NCBI GenBank assembly: GCA_964247055.1
Contig: OZ176050.1
Span: forward strand, 3,906,001 to 3,970,000
DNA: 64,000 nt
Source of the DNA: Paragordius varius
Taxonomy: Eukaryota; Animalia; Nematomorpha
Direction: 5' to 3'
Shown here piece after piece: positions 1 to 12,518 of the stretch. Numbering within the stretch: position 1 is the stretch's first letter; every line of letters starts with the position of its first letter. The translations under genes were made by a program, and so were the position numbers. A model generated the notes under the pieces. The model made no database searches and was not told the origin of the DNA. It was given only the letters and a program-made list of their open reading frames with translations.

Positions 1-712
1 AGGTATAAATAAAGGATTTTTTTGTAAGAACCAACTCAAGAAAAAAAGCCTTATAAGTACTCGAAAGAACGAAAACTAACAAAAAAAAATATAGCCTATC
101 TAAAAGCCGAAGGTTTAAAACATAGAATGCTTTTTTTAGTATTTTTTTAAAAATTTTTTATACGCATTAAAAATTCACTTGAAAGAAAAAGACTAAATTT
201 TGACGTTTAAGTCCGTACTATTTTTTTCTCTCTGATATTTAAATGACATATTTATATTCAATAGATAGAGAAAACGCTTTATTAAATGATATTAAGTTTA
301 TAATATAATAACATTTTATTATAAAGTTATATATAATTTTCTCTCGATTTTCTCTTGTTTTTAAAAATTGAAAAACCTATAATATTTCAAAATTCTGATT
401 GGCGAGATCAAATATTTTTTCACATTCGGTTTTAAAACACTGAAATTAGTCATAATTTAAAAGTTTGAGTGGTGATGCTCAAAAATGTCCAAATTTGTCG
501 ACTAGTGTTATTATCGCAATAAAACATTTCCAATTTTTAAACATAACGATCGTGAACAAATTGAATATAATAATTGTATGTGACAGCTCTATTGACATAA
601 TTAATATACATCCTCCACAAATATAACTTTATGAAATTATAATCATTATAATTAGAATTGATGATAAACACATTTTGCTGATTCATTATTCAATGAATAT
701 TTTTATAATTTA

Positions 713-2326
713 CTAACGTAAATCTCGTGCTACTACGCAGCCCGAGGAAATCCTTCACCTTCTGGGGGTGGGGGCTATTTGAAAAAGGGACAATAAAATG
801 ATCCACATATGTAGATTATTTCGAAACATTATTTAATAGCTACGATCTCATAGGAATTATAAAACGGTGCATTCATACAATGATTGTTTACTTGAGGGAA
901 AAATAGATTTAAAAAAATATTTATACATATGATAGAAACTCCTTACTTAGCAGCTATCATCAAAGAAACGCTTGACTAAAATTTTTTCCTTTTAACCGGT
1001 AATACGAAAAATCCTTATCGAATTTTTACAGTCTCATACCTTGGGCAAAAAAATACAATCAAAAAAATATTTTTGTGGACATTGTTTTTTTTTTAAAAAA
1101 ATGGCATTTTACGGGGGTAGCGGGTAAAAAGAGGGCCTTAATCAAAAAAGGTCGACTATGTTCGGCGCAATCGAAAATAAGTAAACAAAAATCATATTTG
1201 AAATTGAATGGGTCAACACGTTCTCCAGAAAATTGTCTCAAACACACGATTTTTGTGGATTTGTGTTTTAAAAAAAACCGTTTTTCATACGGGGTGGGCC
1301 CGAACGGGGGCCTAATTCAAAAAAAGGGCGAGGCTATTGTCGGGGCATTCATTAATGATTATATTTTTTCGATGTTTGGATTTGATTGGGTCTACCCGTT
1401 TTCCTGTACCAGATCACAAAGCCAGCATTTTCCATTTTTATAAATATATAGATTACCATAAATAATGTTTTAATATCCATATATCTTTTAACATGCTATA
1501 CATATGATGGATACTCCTTACTCAGCATCTATCATCAAAGTAACGCCTGACTAAAATTTTTGCCTTTTAACAGGTAATATGAAAAAACCTTCTCGAATTT
1601 TTACAGTCTCATACCTTGGGCAAAAAAATACAATCAAAAAAATATTTTTGTGGGATATGTTTTTTTTGAAAAAAATGGCATTTTACCGGGGTAGCGGGTA
1701 AAAAGAGGTCCTAAATCAAAAATGTGAGTCGACTATGTACAGCGCGATCAAAAATAAGTAAATAAAAATCATATTTGAAATTGAATGGTCCAACACGTTC
1801 TCCAAAAAATTGACTTAACCCATTTTTCACACGGGGTGGGGTCGAACTGGGGACCTAATTCCAAAAAAGGGCGAAGCTATTGTCGGGACATTCATTAATG
1901 ATTATATTTTTTTGATATTTGGATTTGATTGGGTTCACTGGTTTCGGAAACAGATCACAAAATTACATGAGGAATCAGTTTTTAGCGGATAGCTCCTTAC
2001 CCAGCAGCTATCATCAAAGAAACGCCTGACTAAAATTTTTGCCTTTCAACAGAGAATACGTGGAATCCATATAGAATTTTTACGGTCTCATACCTAGGGC
2101 GAAAAATCGATTTAAAAAATTATTTTTGTGGACTTCTGTTTTCAAAAAAACCATTTTTCACATGGGGTGGGCCCGAACTGGGGACCTAATTCAAAAAAAG
2201 GGCAAAGCTATTGTCGGGGCATTCATTAATGATTATATTTTTCCAAAGTTTGGATTTGATTGGGTCTACCCGTTTTCCTGTACCAGATCACAAAGCCAGC
2301 ATTTTCCATTTTTATAAATATATAGA
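713..2326 (-). mobile_element. Non-autonomous Helitron about 250 bp upstream of LRR copy 1, with internal tandem triplication
   Basis: Minus strand starts A|TCTATATATTTATAAAAATG (2326; a second 5' end at 1452) and ends with hairpin CTCG-GCTGC-GTA-GTAGC-CGAG then TTAG|T (713). The paralogous empty site at about 19192 reads ataattta|ttacaaaa: A|T insertion, no TSD. Confidence 0.85.
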
Positions 2327-2572
2327 TTACAAAAAAAAATAAAAAGAAAATGAAACACATTTTGTATAAAGTTATTACGTAATATAGCCACGAAAGTTGA
2401 GACATTAGACATCAAGCAAATTCTTGGAACATTTCAGTTTTAGGGCATATTATATGTAAAATTTTTAATATGAAGCACTTAAATAAATTATCATATTTAA
2501 TCTTCTTTGAGATAATATAAAGTTATAATTTATATTTATCATTCATTTTAACATTTTCCGTAAAAATAGAAA

Positions 2573-5348
2573 ATGTTATATAATAATTATACAACTATAT
2601 TCCCAATAATTTCAATTATAATTGTAAATTTATTCCTTGCTTGTGAATCATCGAAAAAATCGGGAGAATGCCCAACTTTACCCAGGAATATTGATTGTAC
2701 TTGTAGGTTAGACTCAACGAACGTTTACCTCGTTTATTGCCTAAGCGTATTTCGCACGGAACACATTCACACGGTAATCAAGGCTTTTGATACAGCTAAA
2801 CACCGAGATATACCCATTAAGTTTTGGATTAAAAATTCCAAGTTTGACAGCATTGACACCATCAAATTACCTGACACCAATGTTAAAATTGTGGGCTTGG
2901 AATTTTGGTACACATCCATTCGACAAATGTCTGAGACTGCGTTTGATTCTATAAGTGCTGATCTCCAAGAATTAGTTGTTATGGATACTGCGACCTCAGT
3001 AATGGACACGGATAGCATAAAATTGATTTTAAAAGCCATGACTCAGCTCAAAAAACTTAAAAAAATTATCTTATACTTTCCAGATTTACTCCATTTTGAT
3101 ATCGGATATTTGAATAATTTCAGTGAATTGGAGAATTTGGAGCTTGAAATACCTCATGTAATGTATGTACATGGAGATCATCTCAATTTACCGAAATTAA
3201 AAAGGTTTATCTTTCAAAGTAAAGTATCCCATATTCCACCCGAAATCAGCAATCTCACTAGCATACAAATATTATCCATATATTCAAATCACCTCAACGA
3301 TATCAATGACGAAGCATTTAGATTTTTGATAAATGTTAAGAAATTAGTCCTATCATCTGGTCTAGAGAAAGTCGCTATGAATTTTACATCCAATTTTAAG
3401 GATTTACAGATTTTAGACTTAACCAACAATCATTTAACCACTCTTCCATCGTTTTGCAAAACAGCGGTAACAAGGAATAGGTATGATGTAAATATTAATT
3501 AAAATATTGCTCTTTTATTTAATTTAAAGTATGAAACTATACATAACAAGGTTAATTTTAAACTTGATTTAATTGATTTTTCATTTGAATTTCTATTGGC
3601 ATTTTAAAGATTTATTTTATTTCTACTTAAGTGTTGCAATCGCCATAGTAGTGACCAATGACTGACTTATCATTAAAATGCGTGTCCGCATTATATTTGT
3701 AATTTATTTCATAGTGAAAAAATATTTAAGTTTTTTAACGCCTGAGTTGAGCTTTTTTCCTATTTGTTTTTTAGGAAGAATGAGAGCTTCATTAATTCAA
3801 TTATCTAAGGTCGGTCATAACATAAACTAAAAACTAAACGTTATATATATATAACTGTATTTAGACATTTGTCCAATTTATCCGCAATCATTTTGTCTCA
3901 AAATTTATTGACTGATGATAGTCTGATACCAGAAGTTTTTGCGGGCTGTACCAATTTAACACATTTAATATTGGATGCAAATAAGATTGAATCACCTCCA
4001 AACGATTTTTTGATGGATTCACAATCTACCCTTACGACCTTACACATGTCCTATAACCATATGAAACGGGTTCCAGTTGGTTTACTTAGGAATCTCCCTA
4101 ATTTAACATATTTAAATTTGGGATATAATAATATTATTGAGGTGGCACCCCATGAATTCAGTCAAAATGTAAAATTACAACATCTCGTTTTGTATGGTAA
4201 TAAAATTAAAAGATTTGAACTGCTTGATGATAAGATTCTTACCGAGATTAATACAATATGGTTAGGAAATAATCTTCTGACGGAATTTCCCTTCGAATCC
4301 TTTCAAAATTATCAAAATCTCACCAGCCTTCTATTAAACAAAAATAAAATTAAATGTATCGACGGGCTTCTGGATTTGATGAAAGTTAGTCCGAAAAAAC
4401 GCATATATTTACATGGTAAGACTCTCTTTTATTTGGTGTATTATTACAGTAAAAATTTGAATTAATATGCAGACTAAACGTAAGTAAACAACAAATTTTA
4501 ATTGAAAAGACAACCAATCAGAGTTTTTAAAACCATGATTTTTAATACTCATATAATTAATTTATATAATTAAGCGTAAATCAATTTCATCAACCATTCG
4601 ACAACCCAAAACGATGTACATTAAAAAAATTAAGATTGGTTTTCTTTTTTAAAAAAATAGTCTCAGTCTGTGTATTATCAATTTTTCTGTTTTTATCCTA
4701 TTAAAAACATTTTCTTAAGAAAAAATAAATTAATCCATTATTTTAATTCGATGCATATCAAATTTTTTTATAGATAACCCCATTGTGTGTGATTGTGACA
4801 CTTATAATTTGGCATATTGGTACAACAATGAATATAAATTAAACCAAGGACAGAAAACGGTGTATATGGAATATATGGATTATATTGATGTTAGTGAAGC
4901 GTCTAGTCTTGGAATCATAGGAACGTGTTCTAATCTCGATTACAACATAACAGAAATATCGTTAACTGATGCAAGCTTAATTGAAAAACTCTCCCCCCTT
5001 TGTGATTCGGAAAATACCTTGTTAAGCAATCGTTCAACGACAAAATTGTTCAACAAGCAACCCGATCAACGTGAGCTGCATAAATGTAAACAAAATACAT
5101 ACATTTTTGGTTCCCTATTTGTCCTGACTGTTTTAATGCTTGGCATATTAGTCATGCAACGTTTTGGATTAATTCCAAACACATTGAAACAAAAAACGGT
5201 GGGATTATTTCAAGCGTCTCCCCTTTCCCTTAACACGAAAAATAATCATCGTTATGCCAATGACATTTGGCAGAATGGCAGGGAAACATCTGATCGAATA
5301 CATTTCAAAAATCATGAATTTGTTCCTCCTGAAACTTCTACCACATAA
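2573..5348 (+). CDS. LRR single-pass transmembrane receptor-like protein, copy 1; join(2573..3480,3865..4415,4774..5348), 677 aa, short stalk
   Basis: Three ORFs join in frame through GT-AG introns (phase 2 AG|gtatga...tttag|A gives RNR-HLS; phase 1 G|gtaaga...atag|AT gives LH-DNPIVCDC). Hydrophobic N-terminus, LRRNT CPTLPRNIDCTC, about 15 LxxLxLxxN repeats, LRRCT, TM helix YIFGSLFVLTVLMLGILVM, about 60-aa tail. Confidence 0.9.
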
Positions 5349-5997
5349 TAAATTAATAATTATTAATTAATCGGATCCCGCTCATAAAATGTGATAGATT
5401 TATATTGCTATCAATATATAGAAAATTTGTATATTATATTAAATAATTATCAATTAACATTTTCACGTGTTATTTATATGATATTATCAATTCTTTAGTT
5501 GTTGTATTCATGTATCATGGTTTAATAGTTGACTTTAAAAGTTTAATAATTTAAAAATTGGCCATTTTTAATTTATTAAATTTTTAAGAATTGATCACCT
5601 ATTTTATTCTGTTTTGAAATGAATCTGGAAGTCTATTAGTGCGTGCTTGGAGCATATTTTGTTTAATTATTAGATTTTGGTGGCGGTAATCTTACATCTT
5701 GAATTGCAACCAAATTTAAAATGTAATTATAAAAATAATATTAATAATTATGGCTAATAACAGTAACGTTCAAAAATTTGTAATACGCTGCAGTGTCAGT
5801 AGCCCCTTTTTTGAACAAAATTAAAATGATGTTTTAAAAATCATCAAACATTTTCTTTTTGCATAAGAATGACTAATAAATTCATTTATGTTGCAGCAAA
5901 TAACCTTTTTAGCCCCAAAAAACGGAAATTTGGGATTTTTTAGATTTTAGCGTCCAAAATGTATCCCTTCAACTTAAGGTACTTTATTGTTCTAAAG

Positions 5998-6400
5998 CAG
6001 GGCTGTTCAACAAGTGATTCCGGAGCCACTTGTGGCTCTTTGAAAATTTTGAGTGGCTTATTATGAATAAATTTTTTTTACAAAAGGTTTAATTGTTGAA
6101 TAGCGATGTAAAATTTTTATTTTTTTGTAAAAATTTTAAATTGATTTCCATAAATTTTTTTATAATATTATAAAAAATTTTTCATCAATTAATCATTTGT
6201 TTCCTTACAATCTGAAATTTTTTTGAATACTTGCCATGGTTAACTTTTTTGGTAATTATTTAGTGAAGAGCCATATTTCTGAAAATCACAGTCTCATTTT
6301 TAATAGAGCAATACCCATATTATTAGAGTTATAAATTACGTATTTGAAAATATTTGCAATTGTTAAATGTTTTTTTATTTATTTTTATAACCACATGGGT
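5998..6400 (+). mobile_element. Eroded hAT end in the LRR 3' flank (also at 24644 and 48172)
   Basis: Starts CAGGGCTGTTCAAC...GAGCCACTTGTGGCTC after ttctaaag, resembling the terminus of the hAT at 14141-17042. Right end not found, so the end coordinate is approximate. Confidence 0.5.
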
Positions 6401-6452
6401 CATTGTAAAAGGAATATGTCCAAATCTAGGTGAAACAAGCAGTGCTTTGTAT

Positions 6453-7802
6453 GTTGTTATAAGCTAGTCATGTAGTGACTCTTGGCTTTCTCATAGATTA
6501 GTGTTCTCCATTTTTGACGATCCTGTGATTCTCTCAACAATTGAAGAAAGGTTCGGTTTGTTATTGCTTTAAGCATGTCGATCCACCGCTTTTTGGGTCG
6601 GCCCCTTCTGCGGGTGCCATCTACCAACCCAAAGAGTATGCTTTTTTCTAACGAGTCGGATCGCAGGATATGACCCAGATATTTTAGCTGTTTAAAGGTT
6701 ATTAAATCGTGAAGTAAAAATTCGGGTTTGATGAGGTTGAGGATGTAAGAATTGGAGATGTGGGCTTTCCAGGAGATTCTCAATATTTTTCGAGAGCACC
6801 ACATTTGAAAAGAGTTTATGCGGGCTTTGTCAATGGATTTGCATATCCATGATTCGGACCCATAAATTGCCACGGGGTATATCATCGCCTTCAATTGGCA
6901 AGTTTGGCTGGAAGTCTTATGACCGACGAGTTCCAAATTTTGGACAGTTTACCCATAGTAGCACGTCCCAATGCTAGCCGTGCTCGTATGTCGGGACCAG
7001 AGCTACCGTCGGATGTAATTATGGAGCCTAAATATTTACAGTGATCGGTTAGTTCGATGGGGGAGTTGTTGATTGTAAATGGTAGTTGTGGAGCGTTTAG
7101 GAGTATTATTTTAGATTTAGCTGGGTTCAGCTTAAGACCCATCAAACTTGCTTCGATGGTGAGATTATTTAAAAGATAGGTCATGTCCGTGTGGGATTCT
7201 GACAAGAGAATGGTGTCGTCGGCCCGGAGATTGCAAATAGTAAGACCACCGATCCGTGCCCCAATATGGGGAAAGTTACAATTGCGTATTAATGTTTCTG
7301 TGTATAAGTTAAATAGGAGGGGAGAAAGGACACATCCTTGTCTCACACCTCTGAGAATAGGAAACCAGTCGGTGGGACCGAATTGGGTTTTAATCGCAGC
7401 TGTTTGTCTAGAATACAGCGATTGAAGCAAGAGTATTATGTGCGGGGAAACTCCGGAGGATCGTAATATTCTCCATAGGCAGTCGTGGTTGACTGTATCG
7501 AATGCCATACTGAAGTCTAAAAAGCAGCAGTATAGACTTTTCCCAAATTCTTTGTATCTTCTAATTATTGTATTAAGATTAATTATGTGATTAGTAGTGT
7601 TTTTCTTTGCTCTAAAGCCAGCCTGCACCTCAGATATTTCATAGTCCAGCGAGGATGAGATTCTTTTGAGTATAATCTTGAGAAGAAGTTTGGATAGTTT
7701 ATTAGTGATAGCGATCATTCTATAGTTCTGACAAAGATGGGGATTTCCCTTTGGAGAAAAGATTTAATCTAATCATCCGGCCAAATACAGGTTTGAAAAA
7801 CT
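6453..7802 (-). mobile_element. 5'-truncated RTE-clade LINE (RT and C-terminal region, frameshifted)
   Basis: Motifs GVRQGCVLSPLLFNLY, (Y)ADDTILL, IYPVAIYGSESW, KYLGHILR, GTRRRGRPKKRWID. Stop codon directly beside a short AAC tail. Candidate TSD tttgtat (6446-6452, 7803-7809). Absent at the paralogous site near 30125. Confidence 0.88.
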
Positions 7803-7949
7803 TTTGTATATTGAACTTTATTATTACGTTAATTTAATACAATTACAAAAGATTCCTCAGTAGCCCATATATATATTTCTAATATATTCTTTAATATAAT
7901 TAAAAATTGCATGCTAAACACAGTTCGGCAGGAATTTAAGTGGGGTAAT

Positions 7950-8668
7950 TAGGGTTGTGCATTTGACTGCTTTTTTAAAAAAGTCCGGTCAGACCCAGTC
8001 AGACCATGGTTATGATCAGAGTCATGACCACTTTTTACTTAAGTAAATATGCTATTGGAATGTCAAAATAATGTTCGAATTACACTTGCGTTTCTCTAAT
8101 AATGTCATGTTTTTTCTTAAAAGTTTGTATACACGTTTTTTTGATATTTATTATTTACAAATAGTTTCAATCAAATTTAATCAAGAAATAGTTTTCAAAT
8201 TAATTTTGCCACATGTTTGTGGCTTTCTGAATCTTCAAATACATAGCTTTTACTGAATTTTTCAAATAAAATTTTACTAGTTTGTTTTACACTTTCTTTC
8301 ATCATTAAAATATCAAATTATAGGATGTTTTTCATTTTATTGGTTCACATATATGGAATAATTGCATATTTTGCAAAGTGCTTGGTTGTTTTGTTTTTCG
8401 AAATTACTGGATATGCTTAAATGCTTATATTATAAAGGGGCTTGTTTAGAAATTTTTAATATATTGTTAAATAAGCATATTATAATTTTCAAAAATATTA
8501 AAAAACAATAATATCTTACTATCTCTCTTCCATAAAAAATTTACTAACATTTTTTCAATAAACAAAAACAGCTGTTTTTTTATATGACCATGGTCAAAAA
8601 AAAATAGTCACTAACCTGGTCATGACACGGTCAATTGACCGGGTCACGACTTGGTCAGTACAACCCTA
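7950..8668. mobile_element. hAT-type MITE (TAGGGTTG TIR)
   Basis: TIR tagggttgtgc / gtacaacccta; 8-bp TSD ggggtaat/ggggtaaa (7 of 8); absent at the paralogous site near 33745. Confidence 0.75.
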
Positions 8669-8766
8669 GGGGTAAATTTAATTTGTACTCTGTGAAAAAA
8701 TTCATCGATTTCTCATATAAATTTCACTGTGATATAATCTATATTTGTGCTTTCATCTATGGCAAG

Positions 8767-11260
8767 TCTATATATTTATAAAAATGAAAGATGCTGGCTT
8801 TGTGATCTGTTTCCGGAAAACCGGTAGACCCATTCAAATCCAAATGTCGAAAAAATATATTTATTAATGAATGCTACGATAGTAGCTTCGCCCTTTTTTA
8901 AATTAGGCCCCCAGTTCAGCCCACCCCGTGTAAAAAACGGGTTTTTTGAAAACAGGTCGAGAAAAATAGTGTCTATAAGGCAATTTCCCGGAAAAGATGT
9001 TGGATCATTCGATTGCAAATATGATTTTTTTTTACTTTTTCTTGCGCCGAACATGGTCGGCTTGCTTTTTTAATTTGCGCCCTCTTTTTACCCGCTCCCC
9101 CCGTAAAATACCATTTTTTTAAAAATTCTTTGAAACTATTTTTCGTCCAAGGTATTAGACCGTGAAAATTAAATGAGAATTCCAGGTATTCCCTGTTAGA
9201 AGGCAAAAATTTAAGTTGTGCGGCTTTTTTAAATTAGCCGTTAATTAGGTACGCTTGAAAAATGCTCTAGCATTTAACTATTATTTAGTTGTGAAGCCAT
9301 TATTCTAATAACTATTAAGAACATATGGAATGAATGATGATTTCAGGTATTCCCCTATAAAGGCAAAAATTTTATCGAACGTCTTTTTTATATTGGGTTC
9401 TGGGTAGGGGGCTACCCGCCTACAACTGCGCCACCATTTCTATACAGCGTTTCGAAGCAAATTTTAGAAAACTTATGAGGCCATATTAGTTCAATAAGGG
9501 CTTGAAAGATTACCCGTAAAAAGGCAAAAATTTAAGTAGAGAGGTTTTATTAAATTTCTCCTTAGGCCCTTGCCTTGAAAAATGCGCCACCATTGATTGA
9601 CTTTTTGGCTTTGAAACAATTTCCAAAATCCCACGAGGGCATATGGAATGAATTATGATTGCAGGTATTACCCAAATAAAAGCTAAAATTTCAAACGAAA
9701 GTTTTTTGTTTCGCTCATGGTTAGGGGGATACCCCGCTTAAAACTGCTTACCATATCGATACAGCATGGCTCTGATAAATTTCAGAAAACCTATGAGATG
9801 TGAGTTCAATATGGGCCTAAAATATTTATTACCCCTTAAAAAACAAATTAATAGGGGGTTATTTCAATGAATCGCTAATTTACGCCAGAAGAATTTTTTA
9901 GCTATGAAGCAATATTTCCAAGAACCTATAGGAACATATGGAATCCATTAATTCCAGATATTCCCCATATAAAGGCAAATAGTTTGCCCCCCTTTATACA
10001 TTCCCCTAGGTAAGGAGCTACCCGCCAAAAACTGTGCCACTATATAGAAATTGCATTGTTTTGGAGCAAATTTACAGAAAATTTATGAAGCCAAATGAGA
10101 TTAAAAGCTTAAAATACCTGTAATTTTGTAAAATTAAGGTCAGGCGTTTTTATTATTAGCCGAGTATTGAGGTAATTTTTCGAATAACCCATGAGGCGTT
10201 GGTATCAAAGATGATTCCAAATATTTGCTCTATAGGGGCAAATTTAACTCAGCGCATTTTCCATATAGGTCTATAAGTAGGAGTCTATTGGTTTAAAACT
10301 GAGTCGCCACAGAAAAATGGCGTGGCTTTGGAACTAATTTTCAAAAAACTTAATAAGCCATACGAATTTAAAAAAGGCTTTAAATATTATCAATAAAAAG
10401 GTAAAAAATATATACCATTTGCACTTCAATAATGTCCTTGAACACTTCAAGTTGGTCCTTGAACATTTCAAGTTGGTCCTTGAGCAATTCAAGTTGGTCT
10501 TTGAACATTTCAAGTTGATCCTTGAACACTTCAAGTTGGTCCTTTGACTTTTTTGTTTTGTTTTTAACTTTTATCAATCAAATCGTATATCATTCATGTA
10601 ATTTATCGTTTTTAACCTATTTTATATTATTTACGATAAATTTTAAATCAATTTAACTTTTAATCATTGAGAAACCGTATTTTATTGATATCTTAAAATT
10701 ATTTTTATTTATAAGATTTTAACATGTAAATAATAAATAAATAAGTTATCTGGGTTATTATTTACAATTTTTCATTAAAAACATTTTAAATGTAATAATT
10801 TTGTAAAATTGGAAAAAAATTAGTTTGAAATAAAAAATTGATTTTTTAATAAAAAATTTTATGTTTAATGAATATATATATAATAATAAAGAAAATTAGG
10901 TTAAAAAAATAAATAAAATAAAAAAATACATGCAAAAATTATGTTTAAATCAAAATTTAAAAATTTTAAGGACCACTTCAACTGTTCAAGACCCAACTTG
11001 AAATGTTCAAGGACACTCCTAAATGTTCAAGGACCAACTTGAAGTGTTCAAGGACACTCTTGAAGTGCAAATGGTATAGTATAACGGTTTTTTCCGTTAG
11101 CGGTCAATTTGGGGTTTTCTCACCAGTAAACAATATATTAGTATGAATGCACAGTTTAAATTTTATGAGCACCTTTTTGAAAATCCTATGAGATCATAAC
11201 TATTAAATAATGTTTAAAAATAATCGACATATATGGATCACAATTTTGATTTCTTTTTTT
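8767..11260 (+). mobile_element. Helitron (same 5' family), 3' terminus deleted, with about 160-bp degenerate internal repeats
   Basis: Starts TCTATATATTTATAAAAATG. Shares modules with the Helitrons at 713-2326, 28700-29800 and 58920-60423. Sequence switches to a 34045-like flank at about 11265, before the terminal hairpin. Confidence 0.75.
10415..11074. mobile_element. Foldback MITE with 21-bp subterminal tandem repeats, nested in the Helitron
   Basis: TIR CCATTTGCACTTCAA flanked by TATA (or TA). Unit CCTTGAACACTTCAAGTTGGT about x5 on the left and inverted about x4 on the right. Empty site near 60158. Confidence 0.75.
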
Positions 11261-12249
11261 AAATAGTAAAGCATGGGTGTTTAACACATATAGCTTGACG
11301 GGCCGCACTTTTGGATCAAAAAAATTATGCGGGCTGCATTCGCAAATTATATGGGAATTAACAAATATTTTTTTAGATACAAACATAAGACTGTAAAAAT
11401 TAATATTTATTTTAACGGTTTTAGCTAGTTCATTGCCAAATATAGAAAGACTTATTCGGAAAATTTGTTTATGAAAATTAATTTTACTTATATTTTGTTA
11501 TTTTAAATGTTTAAAATTTCTCGAGTGCTGCAAATATGACTGATTGTAATTGATTTTGTGTGTAAAAATTATAGTCGTTTTTTACCTAGTACTCCAAAAG
11601 TTGGTATTTTAACATGGATTTTTTTTGGTCAAAAATTAGAAAATTAAACAATAAAAGAAAAAAACACCATAATACAGACCATGTAAACTTATAAAAGTGC
11701 ACCATAGAAACGATAATGGGATCGATTTTCCATAAAAAAATAGCCATTCAATTTTTCAAAAAAACCTATGGGCTCCATGGTTTATTGGGCCGTAGTTTTA
11801 ACCTAAGCCGATCGGTGGTGCGTTTGTTCTATACTTTATTAATATATATGTGATTAGATTTTAATTGTCAGTCATTTAGTTCAGGTGTAAATACCAGCGT
11901 CCTGTTCCATAAAATAATCGTTTTGAATGAATCCAAATTTAATTTTACTCACTTTACTTAAATTAAAACATAATTTGTATAAATTTATTTATGTCGTATT
12001 GTTATCCTCCAACTGTTCAAACCAAATAAGATTCTCTTTCAGGCGGATGGTAAGGTTCTATGATACAGCAATCTTCTCGAGGACCTGAGTTCCCAGTTTT
12101 TAGGCTTTCCTCATTCCAAGGCCTAAATCGTCTGGAAAGGTATGAATCTAAAACAAAATCAATTTCAATAAAAATCAATCTTAGATATAGGATTTTATGA
12201 TAGTTTACGTGTCTGTAATAACATAAATTAAAAGGTTAAAATGCATAAC

Positions 12250-12504
12250 TAATATGAATCGTGATGAAAATACAAAACAAAATAATTTATTAAGAATGTG
12301 ATATTTATACTTTTTAATTAATGATAATTTTAACATGTATGTGCGTCACATTTGTAAAATTATGTCTTTTATTCTACGAATATATATATATAAGAATTCC
12401 ACGAAGAATGACGCACGAACATAAACGCCAAACGCGATTAATATAATAATATGATGTAAGATAAAAATACAATGATGCAATGTTGTAATATCAACTACAT
12501 ATCA
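12250..12504 (-). repeat. 3' LTR of the gypsy element
   Basis: Direct repeat of 17857-18133, preceded on the minus strand by the polypurine tract GAGGATGAAGAGAA (12505-12518). Confidence 0.9.
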
Positions 12505-12518
12505 TTCTCTTCATCCTC

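Noticed and set aside
1-510. Right end of a possible Helentron-type element (...GTCGACTAGTG|TT)
   Set aside because: The left end is outside the window and there is no second copy to confirm it.
1059-2317. Short ORFs recurring in Helitron and MITE sequence (also 8776-9206, 10334-10577, 25633, 28045, 29640)
   Set aside because: Products of repeats and AT-rich low complexity; no domain signal.
2767-3039. Antisense ORFs over LRR exons (also 19654, 21826, 42422, 46904, 61160) and over the RTE and gypsy ORFs
   Set aside because: Shadow frames of the real coding strand, repeated only because the host sequence is duplicated.
3481-4773. ORF-track extensions past the donors (e.g. YDVNIN*, GKTLFY...) and TTG/GTG starts as separate genes
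   Set aside because: Intronic read-through; phases fit one spliced gene.
2573-5348. Toll-like receptor or named gene call
   Set aside because: The tail is about 60 aa with no TIR domain, and there is no recognisable orthology, so no symbol is given.
12030-12150. Possible micro-exon or non-coding exon (tttcag|GCGGATG|gtaagg; AAG|gtatga)
   Set aside because: No reading frame or partner exon, and the second donor is lost in the duplicate at 34790-34890.
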